Origin: Eledone cirrhosa | Lineage: Eukaryota | Direction: 5' to 3' | DNA: 64,000 bases | Assembly: GCA_964016885.1 (NCBI GenBank) | Contig: OZ024740.1 | Location: 71,858,001-71,922,000 of the forward strand | In this document: piece after piece, positions 50,900 to 63,891 of the stretch | How positions within the stretch are numbered: the first letter of the stretch is position 1 | Layout of the letters: each line of letters opens with the position of its first letter | The notes under the pieces: generated by a model | What the model was told of the DNA's origin: nothing | Seen by the model: the letters and a program-made list of their open reading frames with translations, nothing else | Database searches by the model: none | Translations under genes and position numbers: made by a program

Positions 50900-51965
50900 G
50901 TCAAGATTTTCTCTCAACTCACTATGCTATATTGTTCATATACACTGATATTGGACATCCAATGGAGCATACAAGCTTTACTTCTTTCTAACCTTTGCAG
51001 CTCTTCTGCAGTTAAGACCCATATCTCACTGCCATGTAGCATTGCAGTTTGCACACAAGCATCACACTGTCTACCCTTCACTCTGAGAGATGCACTTTGT
51101 TGCCAGCAGCAATAACAGAAACCTGAACTTCTTCTATCCTGTTCTTACCCTGGCTATAACACTTTCAGTACATCCACCTCCACTATTAATAACATCTCCT
51201 AGATAGCAAAAACTTTCTATCACACCCAGTGAACCTTCTGTACATTTGAAAGAGTTTATCTCTTGGGCATCCTTAAATTGACTACTCTTGTGTATCTACT
51301 ACTCCTGAAGTCTAACCTTCCTGTCAGCCTACCTCTGATCCCACTACATCTACACAGGGTACACTGCATGGAATTCCTACCTACTCCTTTTCTGTACATT
51401 GAGCATGAAACAGAGTCTTATCCTTTTTCTTACTTACTAAAACTTTAGTCTTTGCTAGATTTATTTTGAGGCCCTTTGATTCTGCATTTTGCTTCCATGT
51501 CTGGAACTTTTTCTCTAGTTCTACAATTTCAACTCATCAACTCTTCGCTGTACTCATTGTCAACTCTTACCTTGTACAGCCTTCACAACCCATTCTTTTA
51601 TCCCTAACTTCCTAAGTGATCACCAATTATAGAGCATGGGATTCTGTCAAGGGATTTTTCCAGGTTTCTGAATACTAGATATAGGGGCTAATTCTTAGCT
51701 AAATATTTTCCCCTGCAACTGTTTAACTAGGAAGATACTAGGAAGATAGTATCAGTAGTGCTTCTCCTGAGCACAAAGGCAAACTGCATCTCTTTAAGAT
51801 AAATTTTGTCCCTAATTAATTGTGAAATAACTTAAAATCTGATCCAACAGTTTGATACCTGGGTAATTTCCTCTCTCTAGTGTAGCTCATTTGTTCTTGT
51901 TGCAGTTGATGCTGCTCCTGTTGCTATTATGAGAGTCATTAAGTATGACACCACATTGCACTATC
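50900..51965 (-). mobile_element. Highly decayed RTE RT fragment
   Basis: Similar to 860-2100. Confidence 0.75.
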
Positions 51966-52243
51966 TGAAAAGATACACAGTAAAGCCAGTTAGTACAAAA
52001 ACTAAAAGGATAATCATAACTATTTCTGTAAACCAACTTAAATCTTTTTTTAAATCTTTAATTTATTTTTTCTGAAGTAATTTATTTTCATTGTGTACCA
52101 TGAATTTACATGTATCTATAGAAAAACATTAGATGCATCTTCAAATTTTTTATTATTTTCTCTCTATAACGTGATTTGTAAAGAATTCCTTAATTTTCAA
52201 ATGTTTTGATTTTACTCACACTTTCTCTCTCTCTTTCTCTCTG

Positions 52244-52371
<128 letters not shown>

Positions 52372-52494
52372 GGAGGTGAGTTTTATTGTAGTACAATAAA
52401 GCAATGCAGATATCGGATAAGAAGCACTCTACAGTTTGTAGGACTGGAGTATACATAATATATAAGATCAAAAGATGGTTAAATGAGTTCCATG

Positions 52495-52565
52495 TATTTT
52501 ATTATGTGCATTTCAAAAACAAATATCATCATGCAATAACATTTGTGTTTTCATCAGATAAAATA
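52495..52565 (-). ncRNA. Hammerhead ribozyme, left palindrome arm
   Basis: Mirror copy of 52684-52754. Confidence 0.85.
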
Positions 52566-52683
52566 TGAGGACATGATATGAAGGTTAAAAACACTTGTGG
52601 ATAGTGCAGTTTTAAATCAACATATATGTTGATTTAAAACTGCACTATCCACAAGTGTTTTTAACCTTCATATCATGTCCTCA

Positions 52684-52754
52684 TATTTTATCTGATGAAA
52701 ACACAAATGTTATTGCATGATGATATTTGTTTTTGAAATGCACATAATAAAATA
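52684..52754 (+). ncRNA. Hammerhead ribozyme, right palindrome arm
   Basis: TATTTTAT-CTGATGA-[15-bp stem II, 14 pairs including G-U]-GAA-ATG-CA-CAT-A-ATAAAATA. Confidence 0.85.
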
Positions 52755-52784
52755 CATGGAACTCATTTAACCATCTTTTGATCT

Positions 52785-52824
<40 letters not shown>

Positions 52825-52859
52825 GCACACACAGACACACACACACACGCACACACACT

Positions 52860-52891
<32 letters not shown>

Positions 52892-53087
52892 TGCACACAC
52901 ACACATATATATAAATGAATAATAAATATGGGTGAAGACAGGAAAAGGAGTTGCATGTCTTTTGTTTGTATTTTTATTTTTTTTTTAATTTTATGGTTTC
53001 CTCTTCAAAAAATTGTTTCTCATTTTGCCTTGTTTTCGTTCATTGTTTTGTCGTATCTTTGTTAATTTTCCTATGTATATTATTACT

Positions 53088-53288
53088 GAGGGAGAGCGTC
53101 AGACACCTTGCTTTGCAGCATAGAGTTACGGCCCTTTACGTTCTGAGTTCAAATTGAAGTTAACTTTGCCTTCCATCCTTACAGGGTTGATAAAATAAAG
53201 TACCAGTAACACACTGGGTCTATTTAATTGACTTTCCCTTCCCCTTCAAATTGCTGGCCTTGTGCTTAAAGTAGAAACAATCATTATT
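53088..53288 (+). mobile_element. Nin-like SINE
   Basis: GCCTTCCATCCTTACAGGGTTGATAAAATAAAGTACCAG. Confidence 0.8.
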
Positions 53289-53515
53289 AATATAGGGGCT
53301 ACTTCAAATAGCTTTAAATCTAGATATTAGATCTATCGTCACTCTTTTAAGAAGAAAAAGCTAAGTAGCTCAACCTCATTAGCCCAGTAATGAAAGAATC
53401 CAATACAGAATACTCCATTAATTGGAAAATTCTAAAAATCTTCCAATCATGCCATCCTGGAAACCAAAGGTATAATTTGTTCTGCATTGAATGCCTTTCT
53501 ATTTTAAATTCCATA
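53289..53515 (+). mobile_element. Decayed GIY-YIG endonuclease fragment of a second Penelope-like family
   Basis: IGATSNSFKSRY..RHSF..STSLA..YSINWKIL....GNQRYNLFCIE.LSIL. Confidence 0.65.
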
Positions 53516-54886
53516 AGGTGCACTCAATGTAAACTATGGATGCACATACAACATACAATTTGGCCTGACTCCCTTCCTTCCATCACAATTCCAACTAATC
53601 TCAACACCACTACAACCCTCACTGTATACACCCTATGCCCCTTCCCCAAACACGCTCCTAGCTGCTGTCCTCTTGTGGAGTAGTTGGTGATGGGAAGGGC
53701 AACCAGCAGTGGAGGGCCTGCTAAACAAAGGGTTGGGAGGATCCTTCAGTTGTGCCAAAGCATGACAGCTTCCCTAGTGTTTGGTAATCTAGGTGGTGCT
53801 ATCAAAGTTATCGAAGTTACATGATAAATTCACCTAGTACATGCTGTAAAGTGGTTGGTGATAGGAAAGCCATCCAACCGTAGAAAAGCTTGCGAAACAA
53901 AGTGTTGGGAGGATTTTCTCTTGTGTCAAAAACATAACAACCTCCCTGTGCACAACCATACATAAGCAATACAACAGATCCCTAGCTTGTCTGGGAGATC
54001 AGTAGCCATTGCTTCAATATTGACTTGGTCTATATAGACCCGTCCAACCCTTGCTATCAGGGAAAGCGGATGATAAAACAACGATGATAATGATGATGAT
54101 ATATACACATCTGAGCACCACTTCACTTATGTAATCCATAGTAAGAATATGCTTGTTCAATAAGCACCTCCCTAAACTAATACCACTAATGATATGGTGA
54201 CTTCTAATTCATTAAGTAACATAATTATAAATAGACATGCTCTAACGCAGATAGAAAATTAAATAGGCTATTTTATGATGCGAAATAACACCAAGTTTAA
54301 TGACATTGCTTCCCGATTCAAATTTGCCGCAAGAAATCGGAACTTGAACGCCTGATATTGCTAAATAGTATGATGACATCTACTTCTGATCTTCATTTAT
54401 ATTGGATTGAGGAACCTAACTAATAATAATAAATATGTTCCTACATATTGTATATACATTAACGTGAAAACTAATTACTATTGCAGCCACTGAACTATTT
54501 TCACTTACTGCTTTTTACTCTTCTCTCTATGTATATTATTTAACTACCACCAATGAACATTCTCCTAACAATTACTAGAAATAATATTATCATTAATAAT
54601 GATGTACTGCCTTTTACTTTAACCTAAAACACACATTCTTTTACAACTTTGTATTTCTACCCTGCTTCACTTGCACTCTTCTTTATGTGCTTGCTAATGT
54701 CCAACATCTAATACTGCTTATATTCTTGAAATTTGTATTTGGTTAAATTCTATCCCTTTTAATAATTCCTGGTAAGATGCGGATGTTATATGTGTTGTGT
54801 TTTGCATAAATAGTTGTTAATTAATAGAAACGAACACAGATATTAGAAAATGGATTTAATTTGATAACCTTAATTCTCTTAATTTT

Positions 54887-54939
<53 letters not shown>

Positions 54940-54944
54940 ATATT

Positions 54945-55035
<91 letters not shown>

Positions 55036-55479
55036 AAGTATGCATACGTACAAACCGACACATATATATATATACACACATACATATACACATGTACGTA
55101 CTTGTTATATTGAACATGACCCTTCGTAAGGACGGTTTACCCCTCTGCCAATCTGTTCAATGGCTGAAAATGTATAGTATTTTCTGAAGTATACATCGGT
55201 TGATTAGCCTCATTTGCATACTGAGCTGCCTTGCAGAAAATTAAAAATGAAATTAGAATGTTATTTCTTGCCCTAGCACAGCTGATACATAAATACGTAC
55301 AAACATACACATACATATATATATATATATATACACACATACCCACACACACCCATATATATATATATATATTTATATATATATGCATATATACATATAT
55401 ACATATACCCCAGCATGGCCTCAGCCGGATGGCTGGAACAGGTAAAAGAGTAAAAGAGTATATATATATATACATATAT

Positions 55480-55589
55480 ATCATCATCATCATCATCATC
55501 ACCGTTTTACGTCAGTTCTTCCACGCTAGCATATGGGTTAGACGGGTTGTCCTGTTGTGGGCAGTGTCCAGTCAGCTGACCTTGTCTTG

Positions 55590-55620
<31 letters not shown>

Positions 55621-56190
55621 TGAGAGAGAGACTGAGCATAAGAGGAATCAAATGCTGCGTGCAGGAGAGGACATGTGATGCGTATGAAGGATGACAGCTG
55701 CATAAAAAGGTGCAGAGCACTAGAAGTTGATGGAAACCGCGGAGTGGGGAGACCCAAGATGACTTGGGATGAGGTGATAAAAGCCGACCTTACCCAACTA
55801 CACCTCTCAAAGTCAATGACACACGACCGTGACTTCTGGCGTCACGCAGTAATACAGGGTACCCGACCTCCCATGGGTACATGCTGAAGCATATAAACAA
55901 TATGCCCCCCCCCCCCCCACCGCAAGGTGGTCGTGGAGGTGCCACGGCAAAAAAGCACCCAGCCCACACTGTAAAGTGGACGTGTAGGCGCCACGAAAAA
56001 GCACCCAGCACTCACTGTAAATGAGGTTGGTGTTAGGAAGGGCATCCAGCTGTAGAAATCAAGCCAGATCAGTTCCTGTATGAGCAAGGCATGGTCAGCC
56101 GACCAGACACTGCCCACAACAGGACAACCCGTCTAACCCATGCTAGCGTGGAAGAACGGACGTAAAACGGTGATGATGATGATGATGATA
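55480..56190. mobile_element. Two RTE-B 3' fragments (55480-55594 minus; 55620-56190 plus) separated by (TA)n
   Basis: Match to 38931-39520. Confidence 0.9.
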
Positions 56191-56206
56191 TATATATATA
56201 TATATA

Positions 56207-56252
<46 letters not shown>

Positions 56253-56322
56253 TATACATTCATATATACATATATATATATTCATATACATATATATATA
56301 TTCATATACATATACATATATA

Positions 56323-56497
56323 TAATTGTTTCTACTTTTTGGCACAAGGCCAGCAATTACCCAGTACATTACTGGTACTTTATTTTATCGACGCCGCAAG
56401 GATGAAAGGCAAGGTTGACCTCAGCGGGATTTGAACTCAGAATGGAAAGGGCCGTAACTCTATGCATCAAAGCATGACGTCCGACCCTCTACCAATA
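56323..56497 (-). mobile_element. Nin-like SINE
   Basis: Reverse complement of 9784-9980. Confidence 0.85.
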
Positions 56498-56529
56498 CAG
56501 TATATATACACATATATATATATACATAC

Positions 56530-56562
<33 letters not shown>

Positions 56563-56569
56563 CATATAT

Positions 56570-56957
56570 GGAGGCACATGGCTTAGTGGTTAGTCATTAG
56601 CCTTGCAATCAGAAGGTTGTGAGTTCAATTCTCAGACCGGGTGATGTGTTGTTTCCTTGAGCAAGACACTGTATTTCACATTGCTCCAGTTTACTCAGCT
56701 GTAGAAATGAGATGATAGGGACTGGAGTCCCTATCATTCTACTACAAAGTGGTCGTGGAGATGCCACGGCAAAAAAGCACCCAGCCCACACTGTAAAGTG
56801 CTCGTGTGGGCGCCACGGAAAAAAAGCACCCAGCACTCACTGTAAATGAGGTTGGTCTTCGGAAGGGCATCCAGCTGTAGAAATCAAGCCAGAATCAGTT
56901 CCCGTCCCACCCTTGCAAGCAGGGAAAAGCGGACGTAAAATGATGATGATGATGATG

Positions 56958-56958
<1 letters not shown>
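56570..56958 (+). mobile_element. Composite SINE (tRNA, CORE-like, hairpin, RTE module, RTE-A tail)
   Basis: Same architecture as 27278-27610. Confidence 0.85.
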
Positions 56959-57008
<50 letters not shown>

Positions 57009-57024
57009 GATATATATATATATA

Positions 57025-57452
57025 TAATACAGAAGACCCGCCTTCCCTATGTACAAAGTTAACCTACAGTCAGTAGGCACCTCTTAACCAAATATACACC
57101 CCAACGCACCACCTCTACTCTATCCTCCCACTCCTGCCAACACCACCCCTTTCTCTATAAAGCTATGTTGGTACAACAGAACATCCAGTCCAAACAAATG
57201 ATGTTGTGTAGGTGTCACGACAAAAAACACAGTCCACGGTGTAATGTGGCCGTGTAAGTAGCACGGTAAAATGCTTCCAGTCAACACTGTAAATGTGGTT
57301 GGTGTTAGGAAGGGCATCCAGCCGTAGAAAACCTGCCAGATAGTCCTCTCTGAGCGAGACATGGTCATCCAACCAACCTTGCCTCAAGGACAACTCCCAT
57401 CTAACCCATGCTAGCGTGGAAGATAGACGTTAAACGATGATGATGATGGTGA

Positions 57453-57455
<3 letters not shown>
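57025..57455 (+). mobile_element. RTE family C-like 3' module
   Basis: Reverse-complement similarity to 37034-37550. Confidence 0.75.
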
Positions 57456-57490
<35 letters not shown>

Positions 57491-58720
57491 GTGCCTGTCA
57501 TGCCTGTCTGAATTTTCGGTCAGTTGCTGACTTGACCGATTAACCCCACAATTACTACGTAGCGGTTCTTGCACGTGACTGCTAGACCCGGATGAAACGA
57601 AGACGAAGAATTTCCTTGCGTACCGTTTTGTACCACAGATGCGATCTCACCCTGCCTCGTTAATGTCCTATCGACACCAAAGTTCAACGTTCGGGCGAAT
57701 AGAATTGAATCCAACCACCAACAACATAGCTGGATGACCGATAATCACACCAAACCGGAGTACTGTGATCCCTGTGATTTCCAGATATACAACCACTGAC
57801 ACTGTTACGAAGACCAGAAAACCATACTCCATAATATTGAACCAAGTGATTGATTTGTGCGACCAAAATAACACCACACACATATTGAACTAGGAATATT
57901 GGATCCTCCGTCAATGTCCGGGTGAGCAAAAATAGATTTCTATCTGCATTGGAATTTACGAACTTGTGCATCTGCTGTGGTGTCAAAAACAAACGCGAAT
58001 GACTGCACAGATAAACAATGGACCATGCCACGTGGCTTGAACCCGTAAGTGAATTGAAGGTTCTGCAACTGTGATACACAGATTATTTATTATTAAGATG
58101 TATAAACTTGACATAACTATTATCATCTTATATTCTCTCAACTAATTACACTTGATCATATTTCTCTATCCCGTTTTCTCCTCCCATAATTATTATATTT
58201 TTATTATTATTTGAAAAAATCGGTTTTTTTACATTGTGTTTTCCCCTCCAAATATTCGCTTATATTTCTTTATATATTCTCTATATATTTTTTTATCTTT
58301 ATTATTTCCACTTTTATCCTCCTTTATATTTTACCTTATTCTTACTTTTATACCTTATTATAGTGTAATCTTCCCCATGCCTTATTATACACTATTAATT
58401 ATAGATTATTATTATTACTATTTTTCCATTTCTAATTACCTCATGTACTTTCTCCTCCGCTATATATATATATTGTATGCCCTTTGTGTTTGTGTAGCCT
58501 ATGTGCACCCTCTGCACCATACTATCGACGCCACCCCATCTATGGTTCAGCTAACCACCCGACTCCCGGGAATGAATATGACCGCAGCTAGTAAACAAGG
58601 ACCCATACCCCACCCTCCCGCACCAAAATTAGACTTATCGTCCCCTACTTTTGCTCTTTACTCTTTGTTCTTGAATGTTTGGTTGGTAGAGTCCATAACA
58701 CCAATCAAACCCCTTTTATA

Positions 58721-58765
58721 GCTCTGACGAATCCTACGGTTACGTAAGGAAGAAACATGGTAAGC
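58721..58765 (+). ncRNA. Minimal hammerhead ribozyme motif
   Basis: GCT-CTGACGA-A-TCCTACG-GTTA-CGTaAGGA-A-GAAAC-ATG-GTA-AGC. Confidence 0.72.
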
Positions 58766-58810
58766 CAATAAAAATCTGTTGATGTTGTAGACGCTCTTGT
58801 GTTCTTTTTC

Positions 58811-58841
<31 letters not shown>

Positions 58842-59180
58842 TATATATACATATGTACGTCTGGGTTATATCGAACATTAATAATAATATTTGATTTGTT
58901 TGCAAGCAAACGGCCTGATAAAGCTGTGCCACCACCATTTAACATCTACTTTTCTGTGCTTGCATGGGTTAGACAGGTTGTCACATCATGAGTCATGTCA
59001 AGTCAGGTGACCTATGACTTGGACACACAGATTTGTATTTTGGCTTCATTTCTACAACTAGATGGCCTTCTTAATGCCAACCATGCTACTGTGTAGACTT
59101 AGTGTTTTCTTTTGTTGTAGCAACATCATTGTGAGAGATTAGATATAGAGCGTGTTCAGCTTTCATGCTTGGGTTGGGCA

Positions 59181-59220
<40 letters not shown>

Positions 59221-59380
59221 TAAAAAAACGAAAAATCAGTGATGCATCTGGACTCAGTTTATTGCGTGTTAAAATTGTTTCGCCGGCAGGTAGCTCGAGA
59301 CATGATCACTGTATGGATCTGGCTGATTCTACAGCTGCAGGTTCCTTCGGACACGGGCAGTTCGTTCGGAGCAGATTTTC

Positions 59381-59434
<54 letters not shown>

Positions 59435-59455
59435 TACCTAAATTTGATATATATA

Positions 59456-59730
59456 TATCAAATAATGGCAGTTAAGACAGGATTAAATCACCATAATTGT
59501 TTATTGCATTATATATATTTCTGTTACATGGTTATTCATGTCAGATGCTTACGCAATTATTGGTGCAGTTATGCAATCATTGTGATATGCTGGTGGCCAT
59601 GCACATCCATCCAGTAGTGAAGTGGTCCGGCATATGACAAAGTCACATGAATAACTATGTAACAGAAATATATATAATGCAATAAACAATTATGGGGATT
59701 TAATCTCGTCTTAACTACAATTATTTGATA
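59456..59730. repeat. Imperfect inverted repeat (~90-100-bp arms) with a decayed hammerhead in each arm
   Basis: Arms 59456-59548 and 59630-59730; both contain GAAA-TATATA-TA-ATGC pairing with an upstream GCAT. Confidence 0.8.
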
Positions 59731-60029
59731 AATGAATACTCCGTCACTAAATATCACCTACCTGGAATAAACTACTGACGTGTAGTGCTTTGGATCGTTA
59801 GGACCTGCTTATAATCATCATATATATATAATCTACACCACCACCATCATCATATATATATATATATATATAATTTACATCACCATCATCATCATACATA
59901 TATGTGTGTGTATATATATACATAATATTGTCTATCTCACTGTCACACTCTCTCTGTTGAATCATCTTAACTGTTTCCAGAATATACCAAGTAATATTTT
60001 GTTTTTTTCTTATGTCTCTAATCTTTTTA

Positions 60030-61865
60030 TTTCTTGCTAAAGCAGAGACCTCACTCTCCAATTGGTCCTCTTCGCAATCCCGACACAAGCCAGATCACTG
60101 ACAATCCCAAAGAATGCACAGAACTCATTGCTGAGTGCTATGCAAGCATTTTTACTGTTGAAAACCAGAATGTACCATCTCCACCATCTCTAACATCAAA
60201 TTCCATAACAACTATGGAATTTACACCTGCAATGTTGCGACGTCATCTTAAGAATAAGCACAACTATGCCTCCCCTGGTCTTGATGGTGTTACATACCTG
60301 CTTCTCAAACGTGGCGGGTACTTCCTTTTGCACCAGCTTTCTTTCTTCTTTCAATACTGTCGCAACAATGGTGCTACTCCGGAGCAGTGGAAAACTGCCA
60401 GTGTCATTCCCCTGTTAAAAAAGGGCGACCGCACGTCACCTGTCAACTATCGTCCAGTCAGTCTTACTAGCTGTATTGCCAAACTGATGGAATCCTGTGT
60501 CAAAAAAACACTTTGGAACTTCTGGAGCTCTCTCAGCCTCATCCGGTCCTCGCAGTTTGGATTTATCCCTAACTCCAGCTGCTGTGATCAGCTTATCGAG
60601 TTCCTTGAAGACATTACCCGGATCACTGACAGTGGCTCATGGGTGGATGTTGTTTACCTTGACTTCGCTAAGGCTATTAATTCTGTTACCACACAAAAAA
60701 CTTATGGCAAAACTCTCTGCAATGGGTGTGAGGGATGATCTTTTTAACTGGTTGAAATCCTTCATTCTCAGCCGAAAAGAGGACAGCATTCTTCACCATA
60801 TGAGATGTCATCTGGTGTACCACAGGGATCTGTTCTTGGTCCCCTTTTGTTTGTGGCATATATTAATGACATAGATGCCAACTTAAAGAATGCCACGGTA
60901 CTGAAATATGCAGATCTGTACCTTGAAATCAAAAGGACTGATCCTGAAATCTACAGCTCTTTCCTACAATCAGACCTGGACACAATGCAGCAATGGATCA
61001 CAGACTGGCAACTGAAGCTGGCTGTGGACAAGTGTACCACCATGCATTTTGGGAAGAAAAATCCAGCGTCCACATACTCCCTCCACAACACTGATATCAA
61101 GAAGTCCTCTTGTGAATATGACCTGGGCATTACTGTCAGCAGCGGTTTGCGTTGGACAAAGCATGTCTCTAAGATTGTCAAGAAGGCCGAGGGTGTCTTA
61201 GCATCACTCAGCAAGACCTTTGTTAGTCGCTCTCCAGCCATCTATTTAAAGCTGTATATAGCTATGGTACGACCACACTTGGAATTCGCATCATCAGTCT
61301 GGAACCCCTATTTTGCTCAGAACATTGACCTTCTGGAAACTGTTCAGAGACGTGCAACCAAGCGCATACCCTCCATCAGACACCTACCATACTCTGAACG
61401 CCTTGCTTCCCTGGGCATGGATTCATTGAAGCTCCGGTGTCTGGCAATGGACTTGGTAAACACCCACAAAGTTATTAACTATCTCGCCAACAACAACCCT
61501 GAGCACCTTTTTGATCTCCATGTGTCTAACACACGTGGACATGCCTACAAAGTCAGAAAACAGCACAGCAGCCATGACTTTCGGAAACATTTTTTCACGC
61601 TTAGAGTTGCTGAAGCATGGAAAAAACTGCCTGCATCGGTTGTTGGCTGCCGAGACACTGCATCATTTAAAACCCTCATGCTTCCTGAAATTCGCCAAAA
61701 CTACACCTGATGTACCCCTTCCATGCACATGCACACGTGTATATCATGACTCCTGCACTGTTCATTTTCCTGACGTTTGTACATTACCCTATGTACTATA
61801 AATACACTTTTGATGAGTTGTAGTGCACCTGAGCAGTGTACACAATATTTCATTATTATTATATA
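60030..61865 (+). mobile_element. CR1-like LINE, 5'-truncated, frameshifted
   Basis: SPGLDG, NYRPVSLTS, QFGF, YLDFAKA, GVPQGSVLGP, YAD with deletion; sister of 48219-49245. Confidence 0.94.
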
Positions 61866-61890
61866 TATTATTATTAATGAGAAGTGCATG

Positions 61891-61925
<35 letters not shown>

Positions 61926-62005
61926 TTATTTATATATATATATATATATAATTCAAGAAAGAAGAGTGACATGGTTGGCTATACAATAATGGCTTTATTC
62001 ACATT

Positions 62006-62112
62006 GCTGACAATTGTTTCTTTGATCTGGTAGGTCTAGAGTTCGCTACTCGCTTGATGTTGCGTCAATCGATCTCCAATACTTTGTTTATAACCAGTCG
62101 TTTCATCAGAGC
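62006..62112 (-). ncRNA. Hammerhead motif with ~80-nt stem/loop II
   Basis: GCT-CTGATGA-[..GACTGGT....ACCAGATC..]-GAAAC-AATT-GTC-AGC. Confidence 0.65.
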
Positions 62113-62430
62113 GTGTGAAAGTGAGGAAGATACTCAAGGCATGGCTTTTATAGAGGAGTGGTATTAAACCAGAACAATAATATCAATAATAAAATAACTA
62201 GATACTGAATAGTTAAAATAATAACATCAATAGAAGTAAGAAATAGAGTATAATGATGAATCTAGCATATTAAACGAACTGATATGATACAGATGTATGA
62301 AATTGACATGTGATGTAGTGTTAAGATGGTGGAGAGATTACTGATAAAATGTTAATACCATCCACAACACGGAGTACTCTAACTGGACTACATTCTAAGT
62401 GGACTACCTATAACGATAACCTGTTATCCC

Positions 62431-62474
<44 letters not shown>

Positions 62475-62859
62475 TAAAATGCACACATAGTTTGTTTACA
62501 TTGTCCTACGGTGCATTTCTTTTCATATATACTCACATATATATGCATTCACATCTATACTCACATATACACTCACACATACATACACATTACAAAGGAG
62601 ATATACATTTAATTCTCACAAAATATATACCAGCATAAAATAACAAATGCTAAGTGATGATGTTGATGCTGTTATATGTATAGACATGTATAGACATGTC
62701 TATGTGTGTATATGCGTGTGTATGTGTGTGTATATGTATGTATATGTGTGTATGTGTGTGCACATGCATGGTTATGTGTGTGTTTTATAAATGTTTATTT
62801 AGATGTGTTGTATTTATTGGATGCCATGAAAACATTGATGCCATGAATGATGTTACTTT

Positions 62860-63305
62860 CTCTCACTCTCTCTCTCTCACACTCCCCCTCTCTCTCTCTC
62901 ATGCACACACACTCCCCCTCTCTCTCTCTCATGCACACACACACTCCCCTTCTCTCTTTCTCTCATGCACACACACACTCCACTCTTTCTCTTACTTTTC
63001 CTGTCTTTCTCACTTACTCTTCCTCTCTCATTCTATGTATGTATCTCCCACTCTCTCTCTCTCCCTTTCTCTCTCACTCCATGTATGTCTCTGTTACTCT
63101 GCTTCTCTCTCTCTACCCCTATCTTTCTCCCTCTCTGTTACTCTGTATATGTCTCTCTCTGACTCAGTTTCTCTTACTCCATTCATGTCTCTCTTACTCT
63201 CTCTCCCTTTCTTCTCCTCTCTCCCTCTCTCTTCCTCTCTCCATGTATGCATCTCTCTCTCCCTCTCTCCCCATTCTCTCAGCTAGATTCTCCCACTCTC
63301 TCACT
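62860..63305. repeat. CT-rich low-complexity tract
   Basis: Direct inspection. Confidence 0.9.
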
Positions 63306-63639
63306 CCAAGGATCAATAATTCTGACTCAATCACCATTACAGTGTAAGAGATTCTCCAAGCGAATCAATGATTATACATTTGGTCATTTTGAGAAGTGGC
63401 AGACGTCGGTCAGTTAAGAATGAAGCCCTAGTTGAGTGTGTAAATGTTGCAGAAGATCTGAGTACATCAACTCCAAGGTGGTAAAAACAGACTGGACTTA
63501 CTTAGACATTGTTCCAGTGTATTCTTAAAACCTTCAATCTGTTTCTGTATAAAATACAGTTGGTGTTACAGCTGAAGCTACCAAATTATGCCCAAAGATT
63601 GCAATATACAATCTCCCTTCAGGACCTTTGCCCCAATCT

Positions 63640-63851
63640 ATAGGTGTAGGTGTCATGGCAAAAAACATCCATTCCACACTGTAAATGAGATTGGCACTAG
63701 GAAGGCCATCCAGCTGTAGAAATCAAGCCCAAATCGGTTCTGTACAAGCAAGACATGGTCACCTGACTTGGCATTGCTCACAACAGGTTAACTCGTCTAA
63801 CCCATGCCAGTGTGAAAAATGGACATTAAACGGAAATGATGATGATGATGA

Positions 63852-63856
<5 letters not shown>
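63640..63856 (+). mobile_element. Decayed RTE 3' module and tail
   Basis: GGAAGGCCATCCAGCTGTAGAAATCAAGCC...AACCCATGCCAG..(GAT)n. Confidence 0.75.

Positions 63857-63891
<35 letters not shown>

Larger units (their letters stand above)
52455..52794. repeat. Perfect 340-bp spacerless palindrome
   Basis: Arms are exact reverse complements, centred on CATA|TATG (52624/52625). Confidence 0.95.
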
